Shown here one piece after another: positions 8,750 through 17,482 of a DNA stretch of 64,000 nt. Both the position numbers and the translations under genes were made by a program. The notes under the pieces are model-generated. The model had not been told where the DNA came from, did not search any database, and was given only the letters and a program-made list of their open reading frames with translations. The DNA comes from Escherichia phage EP02SG: the sequence record PQ301181, one strand, 5' to 3'. Position 1 is the stretch's first letter. Every line of letters begins with the position of its first letter.

Positions 8750-9850
8750 TTACGCTGTGAAGATTTTATCCCACATCGCAACAACCGCATCTCGGTTATA
8801 CTTCTTCCATACTGCTTCAGCACGTTTAACTCGAGCTTCGTATGTGTCAGTGAATTCTAATACCGCTTTTGTGTAAAGCGCAACTACTTCTTTCTTAGGA
8901 GTAGAGGAATCAATTTCTACACGCACAGTATCCGGGTCATATTCGAATGTCGCGTGCGGATAATCCTTAAAAACTAACTGAATCACAGGGACACCTTTAG
9001 AGATGGCTTCAATAGAACTATTCTCTACCGTACCCGTGTCAGGACACGTATTGATAAGTGCTTTAGCTGTTTTAAGACGTTCCATGATTTCACTGTGTGG
9101 AGCATCAATAATAACAGGATACTTAGCCGGTGGTGCCCATTTACTAGGACAGTATCCTACACCATTTTCGCCTAGTGCTTTAATCGCTTCAAGAGCAACA
9201 TCAGTACGACGCATTTTAGTGTCATAACGTTGTGCACTAATAATCAGATCAGTCGCCGGAAGAACTTCAGGTTTCTCATTCAAACAAATAACCGGATAAT
9301 CTTCGGCTTCAAACAACGGATTTGCTCGCCAATAATCGTAATCAATTTTGTCAGTCAGACCTGAAGTCATATAACAATATTTGCGTTCAAATTCACGGAA
9401 GGCTTTAGTAGGAGCATAACTCTTACCACCATTCTTATGAATTTGAATAGTCTGGTCCCAAATTTGAACAATGCCACGAGATACCGGTTCAAATGGTGTT
9501 GCCATAAAATTCTTATGAACTTTAGAGAGACCTGCGTCTTTAATTGCCTGAACGGTTAGTTTAGTCGGTTCCATAGTAACAACAAAATCGTATTCATGGA
9601 TGCCGGCTAGTTCAACAATCTTACGAGCCATAGTATAACTCATACCTAGACTGAATTTAGTCAGATGACCAACAGGATGGTGTGTAACTTTCCAGTCACC
9701 AAACGTGTCATTATCAAAGCCGATATAATCAATATCAGCACCGATGGACACAAGATATTTCAACACATTTAAATGTACTGCTTCAAGGCCACCTTGTACG
9801 CGGTCAGGATTAAATGGGACTGCACGAGATGGGATAAACATAACTTTCAT
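8750..9850 (-). CDS. GT-B fold glycosyltransferase, putative DNA (hmC) glycosyl/arabinosyl-transferase
   Basis: 366-aa track ORF; C-terminal GTVENSSIEAISKGVPVIQL resembles the GT4/GT-B E-x7-E donor-binding motif; occupies the slot where T4 has gene 60 and mobA. Confidence 0.6.
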   Translation of the reverse strand: MKVMFIPSRAVPFNPDRVQGGLEAVHLNVLKYLVSIGADIDYIGFDNDTFGDWKVTHHPVGHLTKFSLGMSYTMARKIVELAGIHEYDFVVTMEPTKLTVQAIKDAGLSKVHKNFMATPFEPVSRGIVQIWDQTIQIHKNGGKSYAPTKAFREFERKYCYMTSGLTDKIDYDYWRANPLFEAEDYPVICLNEKPEVLPATDLIISAQRYDTKMRRTDVALEAIKALGENGVGYCPSKWAPPAKYPVIIDAPHSEIMERLKTAKALINTCPDTGTVENSSIEAISKGVPVIQLVFKDYPHATFEYDPDTVRVEIDSSTPKKEVVALYTKAVLEFTDTYEARVKRAEAVWKKYNRDAVVAMWDKIFTA

Positions 9851-9892
9851 AATTAAGCCTTATTAAAATTAAAATGAAGCTCCAGAAGGAGC

Positions 9893-11710
9893 TTAGGACA
9901 TCCATTCTTTACGAAGTTCTGAATCATCACCCAACAACATTTCAAAGAGTTCTTTCCAATTTTCAGGAAGTTTAACTACGTCGTACACAGGGTTCTGAAT
10001 CATTTCACGATATTCTGACTTTTCAAGGGAGCCTAATCCCTTGATGTATCGAATACTATGCTTAGGCAGTGTATCTTTAGCTTCTTCATACTCAGCTACA
10101 GTATAAAACCATTTTTGAGTTTTGCCAATTTGTGCAATAATTACAGGCGTTTTAACAAAGCGAATACGTCCTTGTTCAAACAATTCAGGCCAATTACTAA
10201 AGAAAGCAAGCAAAGCCGGATAAATACTTCCAAGACCGTCATGATCGGCATCGGTCATAATTGCAATATTACGATAGTTCGTATTCTCTGCCTTTTCACC
10301 AAGAATAAGACCTGTGATAGCACAGATATCAAAGAGCTCTTTGTTCTTCATCATATCAGCATATGACATACCCCAGCTATTCATCACCTTACCGCGTAAT
10401 GGGAATCCACCGTGTAGTTCACGGTCACGAACATCGATGAGATAACCAATTGCCGAATCACCTTCTGTTAAGAACAACGTCGTATCTGCATCTTTACCAC
10501 ATTGGTTAGCTTTAATATGCTTATGAACCTTAGCTTTAGTTGCCTTTTTAGCTGCTTTAGTTTCTGCAGCCTTTTCTGCCGCCAATTTACGAGCTAATGC
10601 TGCTTCGACAATAGGCATAATCAAGGCTTCGTTTTTAAGAAGTGCCTGAGCAATTTTCTTAGCATCTAATTGGATATGATTACGAATATCACCATACGTT
10701 GACGTTAAACGTTCTTTAGTCTGAGAATCAAAACGCATGTTGCTCATGTCTCTAATAAACATCAACATTGTGAGACATTCTTTAACACGAGCTTTAGTGA
10801 CTTCAATACCTTTATATTTCTTTTTAATACCGGGCAAAAGATGTTCGCAGATATCATCCATTACACATTCAACATGATGACCACCATTTTTAGTATGGAT
10901 GTTATTCACATAAGTTAAATGACGGAAGCCATCTGGCGATGTTGTGAATGCTATAGAGACTTTATCATTTTCTTGAATGATGTTATCTTCGCCAAATTGT
11001 TTAGCAAATCGTTTAAAATTACCGTCAACCTTTTTACCATTAAATGTGAACTTGATATCAGGATAAACGACTGCCAACGTTTGAAGTCGGTCTAAAGTAA
11101 TATCTAAATAAATTTGAGATAAATTATGCTCTTCAAATGAAGAGAAATCAGGAGTGAAGATTACTTTAGTGCCTTTACCTTTAGATTTCTTAGAAGACCA
11201 TGATTTGTTTTCCATTCCGTTTGAACAGTTAACAGTGATTTCATTTTCGCCATCTGACGTTATGCCTGTAAACAACGTAGAGAAGATATTAGTTAAACTA
11301 CTCCCGACGCCGTTCATACCACCGGTCTTACGTTCAGAGTCATCGCCAAAGTTACCGCCAGCCTTTGGAATAGTCCAGGCTGCTACAGGCCCAGGAATTT
11401 GTTCACCTGTTTGGTCGGTAACTAAACCTTGAGGAATACCACGTCCGTTATCTTCCACCGAAACTTGATTATTTTTAATTTGAACATCAATTTTATTTGC
11501 AAACTTAAATGATGTACGAATAGCTTCATCAACCGAGTTGTCAATAATCTCATCGATTAATTTAACCAGACCAGGAACATATTCAACTTGTTGATATTTA
11601 CCAAACAAAAAACGCTCATGTGCTTCTTTGGCCGAAGAACCAATATACATACCACTACGTTTCTTAATATGTTCTACATCTGACAATACCTTAATTTCAT
11701 TTTTAATCAT
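9893..11710 (-). CDS. 39: DNA topoisomerase II large subunit gp39 (GyrB-like), unsplit 39+60 form
   Basis: 605-aa track ORF; GHKL ATPase motifs (EIIDNSVDEA, DNGRGIP, GGMNGVGSS) and Toprim-like C-terminus in one frame; GAGGAG SD. Confidence 0.9.
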   Translation of the reverse strand: MIKNEIKVLSDVEHIKKRSGMYIGSSAKEAHERFLFGKYQQVEYVPGLVKLIDEIIDNSVDEAIRTSFKFANKIDVQIKNNQVSVEDNGRGIPQGLVTDQTGEQIPGPVAAWTIPKAGGNFGDDSERKTGGMNGVGSSLTNIFSTLFTGITSDGENEITVNCSNGMENKSWSSKKSKGKGTKVIFTPDFSSFEEHNLSQIYLDITLDRLQTLAVVYPDIKFTFNGKKVDGNFKRFAKQFGEDNIIQENDKVSIAFTTSPDGFRHLTYVNNIHTKNGGHHVECVMDDICEHLLPGIKKKYKGIEVTKARVKECLTMLMFIRDMSNMRFDSQTKERLTSTYGDIRNHIQLDAKKIAQALLKNEALIMPIVEAALARKLAAEKAAETKAAKKATKAKVHKHIKANQCGKDADTTLFLTEGDSAIGYLIDVRDRELHGGFPLRGKVMNSWGMSYADMMKNKELFDICAITGLILGEKAENTNYRNIAIMTDADHDGLGSIYPALLAFFSNWPELFEQGRIRFVKTPVIIAQIGKTQKWFYTVAEYEEAKDTLPKHSIRYIKGLGSLEKSEYREMIQNPVYDVVKLPENWKELFEMLLGDDSELRKEWMS

Positions 11711-11732
11711 GTTGTCTCCTCGTTATGAAGGT

Positions 11733-11759
11733 ATTCTATCATCCGAAATCTAAAGCAAA
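11733..11759 (-). promoter_or_regulatory. MotA-dependent middle promoter upstream of gene 39
   Basis: rc: TTTGCTTTA (MotA box) - 12 nt - TAGAAT, then GAGGAG SD and ATG at 11710; box overlaps the T-run of the terminator at 11762-11773. Confidence 0.5.
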
Positions 11760-11773
11760 AAGGGCCGAAGCCC
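11750..11773 (-). terminator. C(UUCG)G hairpin terminator
   Basis: rc GGGCUUCGGCCC + UUUUUGCUUU, directly after stop of ORF 11774-12199. Confidence 0.55.
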
Positions 11774-12199
11774 TTATTTAAATTTAATTTTCTGAAGTGC
11801 ATCAATTGCAGCCAAACGCCCTTGTTCACTTTTAACTGTAATGACCACATCGCCTGATACGATCACCGAACCATCAACAAATTCTATAGAGCCTTTTTTG
11901 AAATCGACAGCTGTATCTGATTCCGGAACTTCTTCAAAGAATTTAAATTCTGCACCATAAAGCAGAATATCACCTTGCATACTATGAATAGTTCGGCCAT
12001 AATCGCCTACGGCTTCTACAGCAATAACCGAAACGCCGTAACCAATCATCTCTTCCACAATAAAATCTTTAGACAATAAAGTAGTATGCAGATTAGTATT
12101 AAGACGTTTACCAGTCGTATTAAGAATTCTCAAGAAATTATCTTCCTGTCCTTTGATAATACGATATTTCTTACCAACTTCAAAACCTTTAAAAGCCAT
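11774..12199 (-). CDS. hypothetical protein (141 aa)
   Basis: Track ORF followed directly by C(UUCG)G terminator hairpin. Confidence 0.5.
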   Translation of the reverse strand: MAFKGFEVGKKYRIIKGQEDNFLRILNTTGKRLNTNLHTTLLSKDFIVEEMIGYGVSVIAVEAVGDYGRTIHSMQGDILLYGAEFKFFEEVPESDTAVDFKKGSIEFVDGSVIVSGDVVITVKSEQGRLAAIDALQKIKFK

Positions 12200-12201
12200 A
12201 A

Positions 12202-12381
12202 TTAACCCTTCTTAAGTAAGTCGTAAAAACCACCGTTCACATGTTTAGGAGCAGAAACCCGACGAGTAGACAGACGATGACATTCAGGGCAAACATCGTT
12301 TTCTCGTTCAGAAATCCTTTTAATTTTTTCATATTCATGACCACAATCTTCAGATTGACATTTATAGTCGTATAACGGCAT
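12202..12381 (-). CDS. FmdB-like zinc-ribbon protein (59 aa)
   Basis: Hand-translated MPLYDYKCQSEDCGHEYEKIKRISERENDVCPECHRLSTRRVSAPKHVNGGFYDLLKKG; CxxxxC...CxxC pattern; packed between flanking ORFs; under 60 aa so absent from track. Confidence 0.45.
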   Translation of the reverse strand: MPLYDYKCQSEDCGHEYEKIKRISERENDVCPECHRLSTRRVSAPKHVNGGFYDLLKKG

Positions 12382-12383
12382 TA

Positions 12384-12794
12384 TTATTCCTTAAAATGTG
12401 CTTTCAACATTTGATACAAAGACCATGCCTGGTCATTATTTTCGATAGTAATCGTCATCACAGGAAATTCAGACAATTCTTCAAGTTCACCAGAATCTTG
12501 CTCTTCGGACGCTTGATATGGATTTTCAACTTCGTCAAAGAACTCTGCTTCATTCGTGGAGAGCCAGATAAAGTTTTCATCAAGGATATCACCGCCTGTT
12601 GCGTATCCAACCGTGCCAGTAGATGTCACAATTTTAGTAGGACGACCAAGATGGTCAACATCTAATACTTTAAATGGTTCCATGCCAAGACGTCGTGCAT
12701 AAATCCCATTATCAGTGTGGTCTTTAATAAACTCTTCTTGGGCACGTTTATCTATAAATTGGTACCATGAGTTAACGCGGAATTTATTAGCCAT
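12384..12794 (-). CDS. hypothetical acidic protein
   Basis: Track ORF 12384..12812 trimmed to MANKFRV; its ATG overlaps the stop of the upstream ORF (TAATG). Confidence 0.5.
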   Translation of the reverse strand: MANKFRVNSWYQFIDKRAQEEFIKDHTDNGIYARRLGMEPFKVLDVDHLGRPTKIVTSTGTVGYATGGDILDENFIWLSTNEAEFFDEVENPYQASEEQDSGELEELSEFPVMTITIENNDQAWSLYQMLKAHFKE

Positions 12795-13066
12795 TAGTAA
12801 GTTTCCTTCCAATAAGTTGTACCGTTTTCAGTGATTTCACGGAAGATGCCATAGATAGGCATTTCGTCACCGGGTTTTTCGTAAACGTAAACCACTTCGG
12901 TGTAGCATAAAAATTCAGTCCAATTTTTCTGTACAACAACTAAATCAGGATTAAACAGAACATCTTCAAACTCATCGATGTTTGAATCAGTAGTTACGTT
13001 TTTAATGATTTGACGTTTCATAATATTCTCCTCTTGTTTTGATAGGTCTATAGTATCATAGGCCAT
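12794..13066 (-). CDS. hypothetical protein (90 aa)
   Basis: Track ORF with promoter-like region 13050-13077 upstream. Confidence 0.5.
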   Translation of the reverse strand: MAYDTIDLSKQEENIMKRQIIKNVTTDSNIDEFEDVLFNPDLVVVQKNWTEFLCYTEVVYVYEKPGDEMPIYGIFREITENGTTYWKETY

Positions 13067-13078
13067 AGTTGTTGTACA

Positions 13079-13603
13079 TCATTTTAGCAAAATAAAATCA
13101 ACTTGTTCTGCCAATGAACGTCTAAACATTAATTGACAACTTCCGAGGATGAAATCAGGTGCTTCATAGACCGCGATGTAGTATCCTTTAGCTTTCAAGA
13201 GTTCAACATCCACCTGGTCATCAAACCATGCATAAACCGCGTCAACACTTTCAAATCCAAAATAGAACCCTTGGGCCCAATCTTCACTCAATTCAAATGT
13301 GTGCTCAATTCTATAGTATCTTAAGATATTTTGTTCAAGGAGTTTATCTTCATTTACTGTAGGACGATTAGGAACATTATAGTTGTCGCCGTGATGGTAG
13401 AAGTTACCTGAGATTATTCCATGTTTATCAAGGAACTCCCATGTTTCTTCAGAGTTGTCGGTGCCCGACCATCCGTATGGCGAACGAGGTTCTTTATTCC
13501 AAGAGGTTTCCCAAATTCTGACGGCTTTACCATCTTCGATAGCAATTCCTGGTAATGATTCACGTTGAGTACAAAAACTACGTTCTACGCGGTAAACTAA
13601 CAT
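13079..13603 (-). CDS. hypothetical protein (174 aa)
   Basis: Track ORF; GAGGAG SD; early promoter 13630-13658. Confidence 0.5.
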   Translation of the reverse strand: MLVYRVERSFCTQRESLPGIAIEDGKAVRIWETSWNKEPRSPYGWSGTDNSEETWEFLDKHGIISGNFYHHGDNYNVPNRPTVNEDKLLEQNILRYYRIEHTFELSEDWAQGFYFGFESVDAVYAWFDDQVDVELLKAKGYYIAVYEAPDFILGSCQLMFRRSLAEQVDFILLK

Positions 13604-13629
13604 ATTATTCTCCTCTAGTTGATATGGTT

Positions 13630-13658
13630 ATAATATCAAAACCAGAGGAGAAGTAAAC
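13630..13658 (-). promoter_or_regulatory. T4-type early promoter
   Basis: rc: GTTTAC-N17-TATTAT. Confidence 0.5.
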
Positions 13659-13662
13659 AACT

Positions 13663-14082
13663 TTATGCGAAAGCAGCTTGGATATATTTTTTAATTTGGA
13701 ATTCAGGAACTACCATGAACTGACCAGCGAAAACGATGTTATAAAGCTTAACACCGTCTTCAACCCATTGGTCACTAATGAAGCCGGCGATTTGCTTAGT
13801 TTTCCACGGCGTTCCATCAGTTGCCGAAGCAATAGTGAATTCATGGTCTTTTTCAACAGAAACTGATCTGCATAGTCCCCATTTGAACGCTTTTTCTTCT
13901 GGTTCAATGAATTGGCTTGAGACGTAGCCAATATTACCATTAGCATCACGAACTTTAACTTGGTTACGACCAAAAACCGGATCACTCACAGAAAGAACTT
14001 CAACCAACTTCCCGGCAACTTTAGAGCGAGAAGCAACAGATACATATACGTAATCACCTGTAGAGAGATTTACAATATTCAT
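13663..14082 (-). CDS. hypothetical protein, paralog family member A
   Basis: 139-aa track ORF; shares C-terminal block GFISDQWVEDGVKLYNIVFAGQF.VVPE with the next two ORFs. Confidence 0.5.
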   Translation of the reverse strand: MNIVNLSTGDYVYVSVASRSKVAGKLVEVLSVSDPVFGRNQVKVRDANGNIGYVSSQFIEPEEKAFKWGLCRSVSVEKDHEFTIASATDGTPWKTKQIAGFISDQWVEDGVKLYNIVFAGQFMVVPEFQIKKYIQAAFA

Positions 14083-14091
14083 AATAATTCC

Positions 14092-14547
14092 TTAAGCTTT
14101 ACGAGGAGACACATAGCGAGTGATTTCAGATTCTTTAACAACTCGGAAGTCACCTAAGAATACGATATTGTATAACTTTTCACCATCTTCAACCCATTGG
14201 TCACTGATGAAGCCGCACATAATATCAGTTTTGTTTGGATAACCATATTCGTCGATGAAATCAAATTCTTTATCAGTCCGGAATTCAACGCCTTTGCAAA
14301 GGGCCCATTTGAACTGTACATTAGGTTCAGTAGAAGCAAAATGAGCGCTCACATGAGTTTCCAAGAATTTAGGACTTACGTAAGCGTACTGAGTTTCAGT
14401 TTTTCCAGAACTAGGAATGATTCGAACTTTAACTTCTTTAACACGTCCAGTACCATTAGTACGAAGTCCTACCACTTCAACTAGACGACCTGCAGCTTTA
14501 GAACGAGATGCAGACGATACACGCTTAATTTCACCAATAGTAATCAT
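14092..14547 (-). CDS. hypothetical protein, paralog family member B
   Basis: 151-aa track ORF; N-term RSKAAGRLVEVV and C-term GFISDQWVEDGEKLYNIVFLGDFRVV shared with 13663-14082. Confidence 0.5.
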   Translation of the reverse strand: MITIGEIKRVSSASRSKAAGRLVEVVGLRTNGTGRVKEVKVRIIPSSGKTETQYAYVSPKFLETHVSAHFASTEPNVQFKWALCKGVEFRTDKEFDFIDEYGYPNKTDIMCGFISDQWVEDGEKLYNIVFLGDFRVVKESEITRYVSPRKA

Positions 14548-14611
14548 AATTTCTCTCTCTCTTTGTTTAAATTGAATTCATTATACTCCATCCATCCTTG
14601 GATGTACAACA

Positions 14612-15148
14612 TTAATTAAGGATATTAACCACAGCACTACGTGGAACTACACTAAAATCACCTGCATGAACAACGTTCAGAAGTTCAACACCGTCTTCAA
14701 TCCACTGATCAGTTACCCATCCATTTACTGGACCTGCGAACGGACGTCGAATTGAAACATATTTACACAACAAATCAGTAGGCTCAATAGGCTTAATCAG
14801 AGTACCGTACATACAAGCGATATCCATATCAATACAGATATCTTTAACGGGTTCTACTTCTTTAATCAACAGTTCAAAGTCGGTGCTTGGAAGGGCGGTA
14901 GTAGAAATTGTACCATATGAATTTTTAATTTCTAAGAATAACCAAGGGCCTTCAACTTGTTTGATGAAGTTAACAATAGTGAAACTATTACCTTGAGTGG
15001 CACCTAAAATTTCACAAAACTTTTCATAAGCTCGCACTGAAGCACCATACCAGTTGATTTGTTTTTCATCTTTCAGGATGTAAGTAGCCGTTGTATTGAT
15101 ATTCATAATGTTTTCCTGTTTGGTTAAGATAGAAAGATTATACTCCAA
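14612..15148 (-). CDS. hypothetical protein, paralog family member C
   Basis: 178-aa track ORF; C-term GWVTDQWIEDGVELLNVVHAGDFSVVP matches the family block; own early promoter. Confidence 0.5.
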   Translation of the reverse strand: MEYNLSILTKQENIMNINTTATYILKDEKQINWYGASVRAYEKFCEILGATQGNSFTIVNFIKQVEGPWLFLEIKNSYGTISTTALPSTDFELLIKEVEPVKDICIDMDIACMYGTLIKPIEPTDLLCKYVSIRRPFAGPVNGWVTDQWIEDGVELLNVVHAGDFSVVPRSAVVNILN

Positions 15149-15166
15149 CCATCCTTGGTTGTAAAC
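15137..15166 (-). promoter_or_regulatory. T4-type early promoter with palindromic spacer
   Basis: rc: GTTTAC-AACCAAGGATGGTTGGAG-TATAAT; CAACCA/TGGTTG inverted repeat; variant copy at 14580-14610. Confidence 0.55.
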
Positions 15167-15171
15167 TGGTT

Positions 15172-15849
15172 TTATCGCTGTTTTACACTTAACGGGTCAG
15201 GATTCTCAGGGACATCTTCAAGGCCAAGCGCATAACGCTGAGCATATTTTAACATCAAAATATCTTTAGCACAATCGTGAATACTATCATGGGCAACGAA
15301 TCCTTTTAGCGTACCCATCGGTAATGGACACATACTTAATCCTCGTGTCAACGAGTAAGCTTCGATTGCTGTACGAATATCACGTTGAGCCCAGAATTTA
15401 ACCGGTTCTAATTTATCAGTATCAATATCTGGTTCAAGAACACCTTCATCACGATAGAGATCACGAATCAAATCTACCAAGATCGGGAAGTCAAAGCTCA
15501 TACCACGGCACCACATCTGTGATTTCCATTGGTCAACTTTATTAGCTCGGCAATAGTCTAAAAAGATTTTAATGCCTTCAAGCGTAGTGACATCGTCTTC
15601 AGACGGAGCCAAGTTTTTACGTGCTTCAGCTGATTGTTCTTTCCACCATTTCATAGTGGTTTTAGCGAAAACTCGCTTCCCTTTCTGAGAAGCTAAATTA
15701 AATTTAATTCGTTTACCTCGTTGAACAAGTTCTTCAAATGATTCAACAACTTCAGGGTCGGAATTATATGCAATAACCGCAAGGTCAATAACAGCCGCTT
15801 TTGATGTATTGCCGAATGTTTCAAAATCTATAATAACATCAGTGCTCAT
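15172..15849 (-). CDS. dexA: exonuclease A (DEDDh 3'-5' exonuclease)
   Basis: 225-aa track ORF; N-term IIDFETFGN...AVIDLAVIA and later HDSIHDC match remembered T4 DexA; precedes dda as in T4. Confidence 0.85.
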   Translation of the reverse strand: MSTDVIIDFETFGNTSKAAVIDLAVIAYNSDPEVVESFEELVQRGKRIKFNLASQKGKRVFAKTTMKWWKEQSAEARKNLAPSEDDVTTLEGIKIFLDYCRANKVDQWKSQMWCRGMSFDFPILVDLIRDLYRDEGVLEPDIDTDKLEPVKFWAQRDIRTAIEAYSLTRGLSMCPLPMGTLKGFVAHDSIHDCAKDILMLKYAQRYALGLEDVPENPDPLSVKQR

Positions 15850-15858
15850 AATTTTCTC

Positions 15859-17172
15859 TCAAATAAAATGGACGTCAAACCGACCACGAGTTGTGCCGAC
15901 ATACAATAACTGTTTAGCTAATTCTGAATCAGCATAATGGATACACGGTGTATAAACAAAGGCCGTGTCAACAGACATACCCTGGGCCTTATGGAAGGTT
16001 GATACTGGTAGTGCCTTCACCTTAGTGAACATACGTTTAGCATCCCAGAATTCGCTCCATGGAGCTTTACCACCTTTATTCCAAAATTTGTATGTTTCTG
16101 CGGTCTTAGCCAAAAACAAATTGAATTTATAAAGCTCTTCTTCAGAAGAAATAACCTTTATATCTTCGCGGATATATTCTTCATCATCCCCATATGTTTC
16201 TACTGTAAGATTCCAGTATCGTATCATATATTCGCCTGAAACACCACGTGCTTTAACGAATGTAGACGTTTCTACAGCATCTCGAATACGAACGAATTGA
16301 CCGTTATTGAAAAGCATTTCGGTCATATTTTTACCATCTAGCTTATATGTCTTAGTAAACGGCTCTTGTAGAACAATGACTTCGTCTTTAATAAATGGTT
16401 TTTCTGTTTCAAGAAGTTTTCGTCGAATAATTGAATTTAACTTGTCCACCGACTTATTTGTGAATGCCATCATTCGATTTTCGAAAAGGTCTTCAGGAGT
16501 TTTAACGACGTTAAAATAGTTCATCATATATGATTTAAGGTCTGTATATCCATGAACACCATGTCCATCAACTACTTTATCATAAATCCATTTGCCATTA
16601 CGAATATCAGTCGCAACATCAATAATTGGTGCGTTGCTACGTTTAACTTCTGTAAGGTTGCATTGCACGAAGTCTTTGTGAGTGAAGAAAGGACTTAGAT
16701 ACGCAGTTGATTCGCCTGGGTCTACCGGACGAATCTGACATCGGTCGCCGATTCCAATTACTGTACACCATTTAGGGATACTAGCTAACATTATTTTAAA
16801 CAGAGAACGGTCGCACATTGACGCTTCATCAAATAACAGTACACGGCACAAGGCTAAGTCTGGAACCTTTTTCTGTTCAAACAATACGTTTTCTTCGTAT
16901 GTAGTTGGGTTGATTTTAAGAATGCTATGAATAGTCGATGCTTCTTGACCAGCGAGTTTGCTTAGAACCTTTTTAGCAGCATGTGTAGGGGCTGCTAAAA
17001 TAATACCTGATTCTCCAGAAGAAATAAGGGCTTCAACGATGAATCTAGTAAGGGTTGTTTTACCTGTACCAGCGGGCCCATTAATAGTTACGTGATGTTT
17101 CTTTTCTTTAATAGCGTTCATAACAACGTTGAAGGCGTTTTTCTGGCCTTCAGTCAAATCATCAAATGTCAT
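15859..17172 (-). CDS. dda: Dda DNA helicase (SF1B)
   Basis: 437-aa track ORF; MTFDDLTEGQKNAFNVV...TINGPAGTGKTT Walker A, near-identical to remembered T4 Dda. Confidence 0.9.
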   Translation of the reverse strand: MTFDDLTEGQKNAFNVVMNAIKEKKHHVTINGPAGTGKTTLTRFIVEALISSGESGIILAAPTHAAKKVLSKLAGQEASTIHSILKINPTTYEENVLFEQKKVPDLALCRVLLFDEASMCDRSLFKIMLASIPKWCTVIGIGDRCQIRPVDPGESTAYLSPFFTHKDFVQCNLTEVKRSNAPIIDVATDIRNGKWIYDKVVDGHGVHGYTDLKSYMMNYFNVVKTPEDLFENRMMAFTNKSVDKLNSIIRRKLLETEKPFIKDEVIVLQEPFTKTYKLDGKNMTEMLFNNGQFVRIRDAVETSTFVKARGVSGEYMIRYWNLTVETYGDDEEYIREDIKVISSEEELYKFNLFLAKTAETYKFWNKGGKAPWSEFWDAKRMFTKVKALPVSTFHKAQGMSVDTAFVYTPCIHYADSELAKQLLYVGTTRGRFDVHFI

Positions 17173-17480
17173 CGTAAAGTCCCTGCAATTGGAATACTAA
17201 CAATACGGCCTGTGTCCAGGATTCGCTGATACAATTTTTGCGTCTCCGCATCTAGTTTAACGTGTTTCATTTCAAGCTTATTAAACCAGAACTTACGCGG
17301 AGTTTCGACCATTCTTAGAACTCCCATTTTTAAATCTGTTTTATACTGTGTTTTCAAAGTATCGAAAACTTTATCTGCAATATCCTTTCTAAAAAATACT
17401 GCAGGACGATGCTCATCAAGTGGAACCGGGACAGTAAATCCTTCCATATCTCGATAAACTATTGCATATACATAAACCAT
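17169..17480 (-). CDS. hypothetical protein (dda.1 position)
   Basis: 103-aa track ORF; stop overlaps dda start. Confidence 0.5.
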   Translation of the reverse strand: MVYVYAIVYRDMEGFTVPVPLDEHRPAVFFRKDIADKVFDTLKTQYKTDLKMGVLRMVETPRKFWFNKLEMKHVKLDAETQKLYQRILDTGRIVSIPIAGTLR

Positions 17481-17482
17481 AA

